From the NCBI GenBank assembly GCA_963707985.1, contig CAVPRW010000015.1:96001-160000 (forward strand): 64,000 nt of DNA, given 5' to 3'. A model generated the notes under the pieces. That model ran no database searches. It saw only the letters and a program-made list of their open reading frames with translations, and had not been told where the DNA came from. Both the position numbers and the translations under genes were made by a program. Positions 9,325 through 20,564 of the stretch are shown here, in pieces. Every line of letters starts with the position of its first letter. The stretch's first letter is position 1. This DNA is from an uncultured Nitrospinota bacterium (GTDB taxonomy: Bacteria; Tectomicrobia; Entotheonellia; J063; CAVPRW01).

Positions 9325-10383
9325 ATGAGCCATCGCTGGATAAGCGTGTCGGGGGTCGTGTGTCTCCTGGCGTTCGCCCTGGTGTGGGAGCTGCACGCGC
9401 ACCAGGATGGGGAGCACTCATCTGCAACGGGGAGCATGTCACATGACCATCCCAAAGCTCCAATCAAGATCACTGCAGAGGAGCTGCACCGACTGGGCGG
9501 GGTGCCGCCCGGATGGAAGTTCCGTTTCCCCGATGGCGATCCCGCCACGGGGCGGGCAGTCTTCGCCAAGCTTGAATGCTACCAATGTCACACGATTCGA
9601 GGGGAGGCATTCCCACAGACTCCCACCTCATCAGGGAGCATCGGACCCGAGTTGACGGGGATGGGAGGCCATCACCCTGTCGAGTACTTCGCCGAATCGC
9701 TTCTCAACCCCAATGCGATTATCGTCACCGGGCCTGGCTATACGGATGCCGATGGCATGTCGGTCATGCCCGACTATCGAGACACTCTGACAGTGGCCGA
9801 GTTGATCGACCTGGTGGCCTATCTGCAAAGTCTGAAGGGCGATGCTACCCATGATGCAGAGGCACGTCACGATGGCCATGACGACCATGGCGTATTGCTG
9901 GATCAGGTCGTCGGTGATTACCGCATCCGTGTCGTGTATCACGCGGGTAAGGCCGACCACCATGGTCATGAGGGCGCGGCTCATCGCGGGCATGGAGCCG
10001 GAACGCCCTCGGCCACAGCCCCAAATCATCTTAGGGCGTTCATTACCGACGGGACGACCGGAGAACCCGTTCCCTACTTGCCTGTGTCTGCCTCGATTGC
10101 CGTTATGAAACAGTCACCACGCACGGTACAGCTCATGCCCATGATGGACAGTCAAGGGTTTCACTACGAGGCCGACGTCACACTGCCGCCCCAAGCCGCG
10201 AAAGTGACACTGTCGATCGGACCCACCACGATGCGCGTCATGCCCTCGGCAGCGGAACGCTTTATCAAACCACAACAGGTGAGCCTCGACTGGGCACCCC
10301 AACCGCCTGCCAGCTCTGGCGCAAAGGATCACATGCATCAACACCCGAGCCACGGCGACGAAAGCGATGCGAAGGGACACTAG
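9325..10383 (+). CDS. Exported cytochrome c fused to His-rich linkers and a P19/FetP-like metal-binding domain
   Basis: RBS GGAGGA; signal peptide; CYQCH; distal Met in SVMPDY; His-rich spacers; HLRAFI..VPYLPV..LMPMMDSQGFHYEADV resembles P19/Tp34. Confidence 0.75.
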   Translation: MSHRWISVSGVVCLLAFALVWELHAHQDGEHSSATGSMSHDHPKAPIKITAEELHRLGGVPPGWKFRFPDGDPATGRAVFAKLECYQCHTIRGEAFPQTPTSSGSIGPELTGMGGHHPVEYFAESLLNPNAIIVTGPGYTDADGMSVMPDYRDTLTVAELIDLVAYLQSLKGDATHDAEARHDGHDDHGVLLDQVVGDYRIRVVYHAGKADHHGHEGAAHRGHGAGTPSATAPNHLRAFITDGTTGEPVPYLPVSASIAVMKQSPRTVQLMPMMDSQGFHYEADVTLPPQAAKVTLSIGPTTMRVMPSAAERFIKPQQVSLDWAPQPPASSGAKDHMHQHPSHGDESDAKGH

Positions 10384-10638
10384 ATGACACGACGGTTCTG
10401 TCCACTAGTCGTGGCGGCGGTTGTTGGTCTTTGCAGCCTTGGCCTCACCGGGTCTGCCTGGGCCCATCATCCGATGCCGCGTCCAGATACCAGTAGTGGC
10501 TTTGCCTGGTCCATGCTCTGGTTTCTGGGGGCCGGCGTGTTTGTGGTTGCTTTTGTGGCAACCTTGGCCGTGTTCTCCATCCTTGAGCGCCGTCAACGGG
10601 CAGGCTCCAATACGCGACAATCGGCAAGGAGGTCATGA
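10384..10638 (+). CDS. Small membrane protein, predicted mature N-terminus HHPM
   Basis: Signal peptide ending AWA-HHPM plus one TM helix; tightly packed in the operon. Confidence 0.6.
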   Translation: MTRRFCPLVVAAVVGLCSLGLTGSAWAHHPMPRPDTSSGFAWSMLWFLGAGVFVVAFVATLAVFSILERRQRAGSNTRQSARRS

Positions 10639-11012
10639 TGAGGCGGGCTCTCTGGTGTGGGTTAATCCTATTCATCATGCTTTTCACGATGCCCAGCAAC
10701 AGCTGGGGACATGCGTATCTGGTCAAATCCTCGCCGGCTCGTCGCGCCGTGCTGTCAACACCTCCGACGCGCGTGGTGTTATGGTTCAATGAACGCCTCG
10801 AGGCACAGTTCTCCCAGATTTCCATCTGGAACGCCGAGGGACAGCAGATAGATGGGGGCGATGTGCAGGTCGGACCCGACGACAGCAAGAAACTCTCGGT
10901 AGGCATCCCCACGCTGCCCGCCGGAAGCTACACCGTGAAGTATCGTGTCCTCTCCGTTGATGGCCATGTCGTGGAGGCGGAATTTCCATTTACGATCCGG
11001 GGTCGCCAATGA
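10635..11012 (+). CDS. copC: Copper-binding protein CopC
   Basis: Mature N-terminal HAYLVKSSP, LWFNERLE, YTVKYRVLSVDGH. Confidence 0.92.
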   Translation: MMRRALWCGLILFIMLFTMPSNSWGHAYLVKSSPARRAVLSTPPTRVVLWFNERLEAQFSQISIWNAEGQQIDGGDVQVGPDDSKKLSVGIPTLPAGSYTVKYRVLSVDGHVVEAEFPFTIRGRQ

Positions 11013-13070
11013 TCGGGGTCAACATCGCCATCCGAAGCGCCCAGCTCAGCGCCTCGCTGCTGTTGGCCGGCGGTTTCATCTTTCTATTGGTGGTGGCGCG
11101 GCCGGCATTTCAGGTCGCGAAGGGCGAGGGGCCATCGACATTCGGCCGTTTTGATGCCCGCGTGCTGCGTATCGCGTGGTATAGCCTCCTGGTGCTGTTC
11201 CTCAGCGGACTGCTTGGCCTGTGGGTACAACTAGCGACAGTAACGGGCCTGCCATGGTGGCAAGCGCTGACCCCTGATGGGTTGTGGAGCCTGCTCAGCG
11301 GCACACAGTATGGCCGGGTCTGGCTCGTTCGCCTAGCGCTGATGACATTGCTGGGCGGTATCCTGTGGTTACACGGCCAGGAACGGGATGGCAAGGACTG
11401 GTGGGCCTTGCGACTCGAAGTCGTAGGGCTGGCGGTCTGCATTCTCCTGGCGCAGGCGTGGATGGGACACGCCGCCGCAGGTGAGGGGCTCACACTCGTC
11501 TACCAGATGCTGGTCGATAGTCTCCATCTGTTGGCCACTGGGGTGTGGCTAGGCAGCCTGCCACTGCTGGTGCTATTACTCTGGTGGATGGAGCGCGGCA
11601 ATGATCTCGGGGCAGATGATGTCGCTGCCGAGGCGATACGCCGTTTCTCTGCTATCGCCCTGGTCAGCATGATGCTCCTCATTCTCAGCGGTCTGGTGAA
11701 TGCCTGGGAATCGGTAGGCACGATTCCAGCGCTGGTCGGCACCACGTATGGACGCTTGCTCATGCTCAAAGTGAGTTTGCTGTTACCTCTCCTGGGTTTG
11801 GCTGCACTCAATCTCCTGCGCCACAAGCCACGGCTGCTGCAAGGCATGGCAACGCCTGAGTGTGCGGATACGCAGCTCCTGCTCCGCCGTCTGCGCCGTA
11901 ATGTCTTGGGAGAGCTCATGCTCGGAGGTTGCATCCTCCTGATTGTGGGGGCTTTGAGTATCATGCCGCCCGCTGTGCATGAACAGCCGGACTGGCCATT
12001 TGCCTCTCGCCTGAGTTGGGAGGCCACCAAAGGGTGGCCAGGGGTGCGGACAAGTGTGGCGATCGGTATTCAGGTGTCGTTGTTTGGGTTCTTTGTGGCC
12101 CTGATCGCCCTGATCACGCGGATTCGCCGCTGGCCATGGCTCATCGCTGCCGGTATGGTCACCGTCGTTGTGGGGTTCTGGCTGTGGCTTCCCAAGCTCA
12201 CCATCGACGCGTATCCGACCACGTACGTGCGCCCCATTGTGTCTTACAACGCGCTGTCGATCGCCCATGGCCTGCAGCTCTACAGCGACCATTGTGCGGT
12301 CTGCCATGGGACGGAAGGGTACGGCGATGGGCCTGGGGCCGCTAGACTTAGACCCCCTCCAGCCGACCTCACGGCCAAACATACCGCCGATCATACCGCC
12401 GGGGATATCTTCTGGTGGTTGACGCACGGGATGAAGGGGAGGGCGATGCCTGGCTTCCAGAATCTCCTCAGCGAGGAGGAACGCTGGGACCTCATCAATG
12501 TGGTGAGAATCCTGTCGGCGTCCGAGCCAGCGCGTGCTCTTGGACCTCGCGTGGCGGCTGATCTGCGGGCGGTGGCACCTGACTTCACCTACGCGACAGC
12601 TTTCGGTGAAGCGCATACCCTGAAGGATTTTCGGGGCCGTGATCAGGTTTTGCTGGTCTTCTTTAGCCTACCGCAATCACGCCAACGGCTCATGCAACTC
12701 CAGGAGCTCTACGTCCAACTACGGCCACTGGGCGTGGAAATTTTGGCGATTCCCTGGCAGCAGGACAACGCCCTCGACGAGGCCATGCGCCATCTACCGC
12801 TCACCTTTCCGCTCATTCACGATGGCGGCTCCGAGGTGGCGAGCGGCCTACGCCATGTTCCGCCGCAGCCTGAGCCCGGCATTCTCCGTCCCTGATCCAC
12901 CGATGCCAGCACACCTGGAATTTCTCGTCGATCGCCAGGGATACCTGCGGGGACGGTGGAACCCGGATGAGGGGGTTGGCTGGAGCGAGCCAGCCCAACT
13001 GCTGACCGCCATCGAGGTGCTACGACAGGAAAAGCTCGATGCCCCGCTCCCAGATCTGCATGTCCATTGA
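11009..13070 (+). CDS. copD: CopD membrane protein fused to cytochrome c and an AhpC/TSA-like domain (frameshift near 12845)
   Basis: WMGHAAA, LHLLATGVWLGSL, RRFS; CAVCH; APDFT...VLLVFF; continuation in 12639..13070 frame AAYAMF..EFLVDRQGYLRGRW. Confidence 0.85.
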
Positions 13071-13090
13071 TCGCCGCCAGAGGATTCACC

Positions 13091-13471
13091 ATGCGCCTCT
13101 ACAAAGTGATACTCCTCGTGAATCTGGCAGTGGGTATCGGGTTTTTGCTGGGATCACTCTGGTGGGCACAAAAGGTGGAGAAGCTCCAGCGCGAGGTCGC
13201 AACCAAAGGGCAAGGGGAAACCACACGCCCGTCCATCGCAGGATGTTGGCCGGCCCAGGGCGTGGTGCGAGTGGTCGCTCCTGAGATGAACCGGATTTTT
13301 ATCGAGCACGGGGACATCCCCGGTCTTATGGAGGCCATGACCATGGCCTTCGAGCCATCGGATCCCAAAATTCTCAGTGGACTTGCCGCAGGCGACCAAG
13401 TGCACTTCACACTGGAGAAACTAGGAGACCGTCTCACCTTGATCGCCATCCAGAAAGGCTGGGGCCCTTGA
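13091..13471 (+). CDS. CusF-like copper-binding protein
   Basis: IFIEHGDIPGLMEAMTMAF...GDQVHFTL (His/Met-Met motif); N-terminal anchor. Confidence 0.85.
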   Translation: MRLYKVILLVNLAVGIGFLLGSLWWAQKVEKLQREVATKGQGETTRPSIAGCWPAQGVVRVVAPEMNRIFIEHGDIPGLMEAMTMAFEPSDPKILSGLAAGDQVHFTLEKLGDRLTLIAIQKGWGP

Positions 13472-14119
13472 CCGGAGTAGCGGCTGCGCCGCCCAACCCG
13501 CGACGCAGCCGGGCGGGTCACCGCACCGCCATGCGTATCGGGATGCAAACAACTTCTTGGCAACCCGTTTCGCGGCGATCATGTCTGCATCTGCGCGCGT
13601 GACCGTTCCTGGCGTAGGCACCGGTCGTAATGGTAGGTGGGCTGTCCACACGACACGGCCCGTTGCCACATCGATGAGGCGAGCGTCTACAGCGATAAGC
13701 ATACGCCAGGGGTGGAGGGCCTCATCTAACGCAGGTTGCCACTGCACGATCTCGAGGTAGAGCACGCTGCCCTCAAGCTGGCCACGCATAGCCAAGTCAG
13801 CCGCCTCCTTCGGGCTGTTCGGTATCTGGTCGCCTAGCGCCGCGTCGACTTATTCTCGGGGGAGAACTGTCATCCCCCGCTGCTTGAGCTGAGTACGCAC
13901 CTCTACCGCCAGGACATCACCTACCGTGACGGGTGGAGATCGAAAGATGTACTTCTCCAACAAGGAGGTCCCACCAACGAAGAGGGGATCACCCGTACGG
14001 TTGTTCGGCGGCAGCACCGCGATCATCCGAACCGTCGGGGGCAGGGGTGGGGAGACGAAGGACGATACACAGCCCAGCGTGAATATTGGCAGCAGCCACA
14101 GCAGATGGTAACCTCTCAT
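13421..14119 (-). pseudogene. Lipoprotein gene interrupted by an in-frame TAA (13850-13852)
   Basis: Lipobox FTLGC, IAVLPPNNRT; ORFs 13850..14323 and 13421..13795 share one frame; C-part ARLIDVATGRVVW. Confidence 0.65.
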
Positions 14120-14775
14120 CGCAAACCCTCCACAGAATCCTGCTCGGCAGGGCCGAGCGGCAGGTCGAAGCGGTAAGCGCAGTAAAATCCGGCAAATGCC
14201 GTCGCGGCGCCGAGCCCAGCTGAAGTGAGTGAGAAGGTCAGCATCCGATGTGGGCCTCTGCGGTGGGATTGGTGGCCAGAAAGAGCATACTTGCCGCTGC
14301 AGCCACAACATAGGCAATACCAATCCGTACCTCCTCGGTCTCGCGCTGGCGCTCGAACGTGGCCAAGACCAGGAGCGCGCTGAGCGTGAAACTGATGGAA
14401 CCGATCGTCGCCAGCCAGCGCTCGCTGAGGACGGTGTGCGCGTATAGGCTGGTGACGATCTGATGCACGAGCGCGGCGAAGGCGATCCCTGAGGTGGCCC
14501 GGTGTCGGGTCGATGCCGGCGCGGATTTCGATGGTGCCCACCGCTTCCATGCCAAAGCGCTCGGCGAAATAGAGCATATCCGGGTGGTAGCTCACGAGCT
14601 TCAGGCCGCGTAACGGCGTAGCCTCACGCTGCCAACGAGCGATAGCAGTGTCGAGGTTGGCGAGGTAGGCCGCGAGGTTCTTCTGGAACGTCGCGGCATA
14701 ATCGGGGTAGTTGCGCGACAGGCCGTCGGCGATCGCCCGCGCCATGTCCTTGCCACGTGCAGGGTCGAGGTGAGC
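14120..14775 (-). pseudogene. Collapsed metal ABC transporter: substrate-binding fragment joined to permease fragments
   Basis: HLDPARGKDMARAIADGL..LVSYHPDMLYFAERFG..PTPGHL, then permease pieces (RIGIAYVVAAAASMLFLA; GFYCAYRFDLPLGP) in shifting frames. Confidence 0.7.
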
Positions 14776-15032
14776 ACTCCGGCGAGCATCGCGACCTTTT
14801 GCTCAGCTGCATAGCAATAAACCGCCTAAGGGGGAGGCTACCGGAGGTCAAGCATGGAAACCCTGTGCGAGGCCCAGGGCGAAGCCGCGGCGCATGCCAG
14901 GAAAAGCACCGCTATTGTCGCCAAATGAGAGGGGCACAGCTGGGCGCTTGACATGCCGAGTGCAGACGTTAGACTGAGACCATGGGGTTGACCGGCCACA
15001 TTGTCCAGAGCGTTCCACAGAGGAAAATATCT

Positions 15033-16025
15033 ATGGGAAAAACGGTTGCGGTACTTGGGGCGGGGAATGCTGGGACCACTTTCGCATTGCTGGCGACGCA
15101 CAACGCCAATGATGTCCGGCTGTGGACGGTTGAAGAGGACTTGGCCAAGCAGATGCAGCGGCTGCGTGAGAATCCCAAATACCTCCCAGGGATCAAGCTC
15201 CCTGAGTCAATAGTCATCGAGACCGACTTACAGCGCGCGGTGGCGGGGGCCGAGATCGTTATGCTCACCGTCCCCTCCCATGTCGTGCGGCGTCTTGTCA
15301 GAGCAGTCGCGCCGTTCCTGACACCCGCACACATCATTCTGGATGTGGCCAAAGGCATCGAAGACAAGACGTTCTATCTCATGTCGGAAGTGATACATAG
15401 TGAGCTTCCAGAAGCCGTGCGTCAAAACGTGGTCGCGCTGTCAGGGCCATCGATCGCCCGCGAGATGAGTCGAGGTGTCCCCACGGCGGTGGCCGTCGCG
15501 GGATGCACACGCCGGCATGCCGAAACCGTACGACAGGCGTTTGAGACCCCGACCTTCAAGGTGGAGGTCCTCGATGATATGGCGGGGGTAGAGCTTGGCG
15601 GGGCGCTGAAAAATATCTACGCCCTGGCAGCTGGAATGTGTGATGGTTTGGAGTATGGCAATAACACCAAAGCGGCGCTTATCCCCCGAGCCTTAGCCGA
15701 AATGGTGCAATTCGGCGTGGCTCTGGGTGCAAAGCCTGAGACATTCTATGGACTGGCTGGCGTGGGAGATCTGGTTGTCACTTGCCTTGGACCGCAAAGC
15801 CGCAACCGCACCTTCGGCGAAAAATTGGCGCGGGGGCAAACACGGGAGCAGATCTTGAAAGAAAGCGTCGAGGTCGCCGAAGGCGTCCAGGTCACGAAAA
15901 TCGCCCATGCGTTTGCCCGTCTGCTCCGGCTCAACCTCCCTTTGCTTGAAGCCATCTACGCCATACTCTACAATGACGTGCCTCCACGTCGGGCGCTGCA
16001 TACCTTTCTGAGCGGGTATGCTTAG
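15033..16025 (+). CDS. gpsA: NAD(P)H-dependent glycerol-3-phosphate dehydrogenase
   Basis: VLGAGNAG, AKGIE, LSGPS, GGALKN, GLAGVGDLVVTC, SRNR. Confidence 0.95.
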   Translation: MGKTVAVLGAGNAGTTFALLATHNANDVRLWTVEEDLAKQMQRLRENPKYLPGIKLPESIVIETDLQRAVAGAEIVMLTVPSHVVRRLVRAVAPFLTPAHIILDVAKGIEDKTFYLMSEVIHSELPEAVRQNVVALSGPSIAREMSRGVPTAVAVAGCTRRHAETVRQAFETPTFKVEVLDDMAGVELGGALKNIYALAAGMCDGLEYGNNTKAALIPRALAEMVQFGVALGAKPETFYGLAGVGDLVVTCLGPQSRNRTFGEKLARGQTREQILKESVEVAEGVQVTKIAHAFARLLRLNLPLLEAIYAILYNDVPPRRALHTFLSGYA

Positions 16026-16206
16026 GGCATTTTGGCAAGACTCTAGAGGATTGCCATGTGCATTTATGATCTAGCACGCTGGCGACCAATGACGAAGCTG
16101 GCTTGTCGCGCTCACGGAGCTCGGTTTGAGGGGTCTTGTACCAGGTATGCTGCTGATTGCCATGCTGCAAAGCGGCCCAGAGACCATGTGACGGGCACCG
16201 ACTGGA

Positions 16207-17189
16207 CTAGGATGTCTGACTCTGCGGGGTGTCAATGCCAAGCTCGCGTGCTAAGGCCAGGATTGGCTGCCACGTCTCCTCATCCAGCGCAATCCCCTCG
16301 CGTTCACGCTGTTGCTGCGCTATGGCCTCAGGCTCGCCCGGATACATGATGGCTGTCACCCCCGGCGCGGTGGGTGCGCTTCTTGACATAGGCTAACAGG
16401 TCATCGATTTCGGCGTGAAACTCGCTAGGCTCGACAAAGGCGCTGATATCGATGACGACGATGCAGGTGCTGTTGCTGAAGCGCTGTGCTCCTTGCCCTG
16501 CAAACCCGCCACGCGCATGAGGATGCCGCTGAGAATCTCGACCACCATGGCCAGCCCAAAACCCTTGTGGCCTGCCAGTCCCCCCAAGGGCAGAATCGCT
16601 CCCCGTGGTTCTTGATACAGGACATTGGGATCAGTGGTCGGGCGGCCCTCATGGTCGATCAGCCAACCCTCCGGCGTCCTCTCGCCACGCTGGCGTTGTC
16701 ACCTCGCACCTTGCCCTCGGCTACGACGCTGGTGGCCATGTCCAGGACAAACGGCACAGACGCCACCGGTGGGGAAGGCGATGGACATCGGGTTGGTGCC
16801 CAACCGTCCAGCCCTTCCACCGAAGGGAGCCACGAGGGGAGACGACACCGCCGGCATTCACCGTCATGATCCCTACCAGTTCTTGCTCAGCGGCCATGCG
16901 GGTGTAGTCGGCCAATCGCCCGACATGATAGAGATTGTAGGCGCCGACTGAGCTAATCTTGGTTTCCTTGGCCTTGCGAATGGCCAGCTCCATAGCGTGC
17001 CGGGCCACCACTTGGCCAAGCCCCCGATGGCCATCGATGAGGGCGAGCGCCGGCGATTCTTGAATGATCTCGAATCGGGGCGCCCGGTTGGGTGAGGGCC
17101 GATCGAATCGCCTGGACATACTGCGGGATGCGCATCACGCCCTGCGAGTCATGACCGGCAAGATCGGCGCGTACCAGTAATTCAGCCAC
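16207..17189 (-). pseudogene. Ldh_2-family (malate/lactate/ureidoglycolate) dehydrogenase, multiply frameshifted
   Basis: Fragments ADLAGHDSQGVMRIPQY, DGHRGLGQV, HVGRL, GHKGFGLAMVVEILSG, YPGEPE in several frames; N-terminus missing. Confidence 0.8.
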
Positions 17190-17609
17190 CCAGAGCCGCC
17201 TCCGTCAGACGGCACCTGCAGGGCCTCGAACAGGCGCCTGGTCAACAACCGTAGTTCCTCCGCCGGTATGCACGGCATAATTCCTCCCGTTCGGCAGGTC
17301 ATGAGCAACGTAGATCAGCCACGCCACAGCATGATGCACCATCAGATCGGTCGGCGAATGATCCACAGTCGGCTCCTCCCGAGTAATTCGGGCGAGAACT
17401 GTACGCCGGTGGTTGGTGGGTGTCAAGACACGACTTTTTCACCGATGTTCCGCAAACGCTATGGTACAATGACGGCAATTTCGACAATGAGTGGCGGACT
17501 ACCTCAGGCCCGTGTCGGCCGGAGCTTGCTCGGCCAGGGGAGTTATAATGGGCCGGAATGACGTTGACCTGCGGTACGTCAGCGGGAGAAAAGGAGAAGA
17601 TCGTGGCTA

Positions 17610-18304
17610 GTGAGCAATTCACCAGTGGAAGAAAATCGACCCGAGGACGAGTTCAGCTTTATGGATCAATCGCAGCCGCCCGACCAATTGGCGATCTTCC
17701 CACTGCCCAATGTCCTGCTGTTTCCGAACATGGTCTTGCCGCTGCACATCTTCGAGGAACGGTACAAACGCATGGTGAGCGATTGTCTGCAAGGCAATCG
17801 ACACCTGGGGTTGTTCTTGCTGCAGCCGGGCTGGGACGAGGAGAGGCGCCGCTCCCGACACCGTATGATGTGGGTGGCATGGGGCGGATCACGCGCGCAG
17901 CGCGCTATCCGAATGGAAGTATGGACATCTTGCTCTCCGGACTGGCACGAGTTCACGTGCTACGTTATGTCCAGCAAAAGCCCTATCTGATCGCCGAAGT
18001 CGAGATGTGGCCCGATGAGCCGGATGATTCCGAGGGAGTTCAGGCGTTGACACGTCGCATGGTGGGGTTATTCGAGCGTTTCGTCATCACCAACGCGGGC
18101 GAAGGACACGAGTTACTCAAGAATCTGAAACTGCTGGCCAGTCCCATCGATCTCTTGCACCTAGTCGTGACGAATATGCCTCTCGACGTCCATCAAAAGC
18201 AGGAAATCTTAAATTTACGCCCTATCGATGAGCGCGTGACCATGATGATCACCTTCCTGAATCGCGCACTGTCATCCCCAACACAGCAATCTGAGATCGA
18301 ATAA
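17610..18304 (+). CDS. Lon N-terminal substrate-binding domain protein (frameshift near 17850)
   Basis: LAIFPLPNVLLFPNMVLPLHIFEERY, then other frame YDVGGMGRI..ILLSGLARV..KQEILN. Confidence 0.85.
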
Positions 18305-18491
18305 CCCGCGGCAACGTCGTGTATGAGACCCGCTGTTTAAGGATGTCCACCCTGTCGTAGGCTCACTCCTGGGAAGGGCCTGGCTGCGCTCACCACCATG
18401 TCACGGCGACAAGTGACATGAGCTGGAGCTTAGAGCGCAGCGCTATGGCCTGCTCCATTGTCGCTGCGGAACATGCATGCGACGAGATCGT

Positions 18492-20420
18492 TCAATCCTC
18501 TTTCACACCCAGACAACCATCGGGAACCAGATACGTGTATGCTTGCAAGCTGCGACGATAGCCTGCCAGCATTTGCTGTGCCACCCGCTTGGGGATGCTC
18601 CCGTTGCGTGCCTGGCTCTGCACCTGGGCTGTGAAGCGACGCAACAGGTCCTTCACATCGTAGCGTACGTATTGCAGCACATCTTCGATGGTATCGCCGG
18701 GGATGACCTGCTCGATCTGCGGTTTCCCCTCCTCGTCAACTGCGATCAAGGCCTCGTGAACCGTCCCGAACAGGTTATGGAAATCGCCGATGATATCCTG
18801 ATAGGCCCCCAGGAACAACACAGCCAGGTAGTATGGTGCATTGTCCAGCGTATGGAATTCCAGCATGTCTTTGACGTCTTTGAGATCTACGAAGCGATCG
18901 ATCTTGCCGTCGGAGTCGCAGGTGATATCTCCGAGGGTGGCGATCTCCGTCGGCATTTCATCCAGGCGTTGGATCGGAATGATAGGGAAGAGCTGCTTGA
19001 TCGCCCAGAAATCCGGCACCGATTGAAACACCGAAAAATTGCAGATGTATTTGGAGGCAAGGGCCTTCTGCAGCAGTTGGAAATCATCCGAGACATCTTC
19101 GGCCCGCCGCGCATAGCGCGCCGCCTTACGACACACGTCCCAGAAGAGGGCTTCGCCGCGCGCCCAATCTTCGAGGCTCAGATACCCCAGGTTGAACAGC
19201 GAGAATAGCTCCTCTTGCAGCTCGATGGCGTCGTGATACGACTCACGATAGCTTTTCGGCGACAATTGCTCGAGCAGCTCTGTCAGGCTGTTAATGATCT
19301 GCGAGGGCTCACCGTCGCCCGTCCCGTCCTTAAACGGTTGTGGTGGATACACCGCGCGTTGCACGTTGATGACCAGGAGAGAGTGGTGGGCCACCACCGC
19401 CCGTCCGCTTTCCGAGACGAGAGTCGGCTGACGGGTGCCCTCTTGCTCGCAAATCTCCTTGATCGTATACACGACGTTATTGGCATATTCCTGCATGGTA
19501 TAGTTGATACTTGAATCGGATGGGGTCTGGCTGCCATCGTAGTCGATCCCTAACCCACCTCCGACATTGAGGTATTCGAGCTCGACCCCTGACTTGTAGA
19601 GTTTGGCATACACCCGTGCCGCCTCGCGCACGGCGTTCTTAATGCGGCGAATATCGGTGACCTGTGATCCCAGATGGAAGTGCAGCATCTTCAGGCTGTC
19701 GCGCAGGTCGTGTTGGGTGAGCATTTCGAGTGCCTGCAGCACCTCGCCGATCTGCAACCCAAACTTCGACAGCTCACCACCTCCCTCCTCCCATTTGCCG
19801 CTGCCGCGGGAGAAGAGCTTCACCCGAATGCCCAGGAGAGGTTTGATGCGCATTTGCTTGACGACCCGAATGATCCCCGCCAGTTCTCCCAGATTTTCGA
19901 GGACGAGGATGACGACTTTCCCCAGCATGCGTCCGTAGAGCGCCAACTGGATAAAGTTCTCGTCCTTGAGGCCGTTGCAGATCAACAGCGCGTGCGGATT
20001 ATCATGTAAGGCTAAGGCGGTGGCCAGTTCCGGTTTACTCCCCACCTCCAGACCGTAATCATAGGGACGACCGGCGCGCATGATTTGGGCCACAACCTCC
20101 CGTCGTTGATTGACCTTGATCGGGAAGACACCGCGGTATTGGCCACGGTAGCCCCCCTCTGCGATGGCACGCGCGAAAGCCTCATGCAACTGGTTGATCT
20201 GCGAGGCGATGATCTGAGGAAACCGCAACAGGAGGGGAGGGTACAAACCGCGCTCCCCTAGCGTGTCGACGATAGCCTTGATATCGATACCAGGGGCCTG
20301 ACTGGGTTGCGTGTGCACCATCAGATGGCCCCTGCGGGACACGCTGAAGTAGCCGGCGCCCCAATTATCTAGGCCGTAGATCTCCTCAATGTCGCGGCGG
20401 CTGATGCTACTGATGCTCAT
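18492..20420 (-). CDS. speA: Biosynthetic arginine decarboxylase
   Basis: FPIKVNQ (PLP Lys), GLEVGSKPEL, HFHLGSQ, GGGLGIDYDGS, DITCDSDG. Confidence 0.95.
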   Translation of the reverse strand: MSISSISRRDIEEIYGLDNWGAGYFSVSRRGHLMVHTQPSQAPGIDIKAIVDTLGERGLYPPLLLRFPQIIASQINQLHEAFARAIAEGGYRGQYRGVFPIKVNQRREVVAQIMRAGRPYDYGLEVGSKPELATALALHDNPHALLICNGLKDENFIQLALYGRMLGKVVILVLENLGELAGIIRVVKQMRIKPLLGIRVKLFSRGSGKWEEGGGELSKFGLQIGEVLQALEMLTQHDLRDSLKMLHFHLGSQVTDIRRIKNAVREAARVYAKLYKSGVELEYLNVGGGLGIDYDGSQTPSDSSINYTMQEYANNVVYTIKEICEQEGTRQPTLVSESGRAVVAHHSLLVINVQRAVYPPQPFKDGTGDGEPSQIINSLTELLEQLSPKSYRESYHDAIELQEELFSLFNLGYLSLEDWARGEALFWDVCRKAARYARRAEDVSDDFQLLQKALASKYICNFSVFQSVPDFWAIKQLFPIIPIQRLDEMPTEIATLGDITCDSDGKIDRFVDLKDVKDMLEFHTLDNAPYYLAVLFLGAYQDIIGDFHNLFGTVHEALIAVDEEGKPQIEQVIPGDTIEDVLQYVRYDVKDLLRRFTAQVQSQARNGSIPKRVAQQMLAGYRRSLQAYTYLVPDGCLGVKED

Positions 20421-20536
20421 GAACGATCCCCTGACCAATGGAGCATTGTCTTGACCCGATGGCGGCAACCCGCTACATTAGGGCGCGCTGTCAATAACTG
20501 CACGACATCTCCGGATTCTGGCAAAAATTCCTCACT

Positions 20537-20564
20537 ATTTTAATGATTGTTCAGGACTTGGCAA
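20537..20564 (-). promoter_or_regulatory. Candidate sigma70 promoter for speA
   Basis: Minus strand TTGCCA-N16-TAAAAT in an AT-rich patch about 120 nt upstream of the start. Confidence 0.4.

Noticed and set aside
13850..13852. In-frame stop in the lipoprotein as recoding
   Set aside because: It is TAA, not at a Cys-like position, and lies in a decayed locus.
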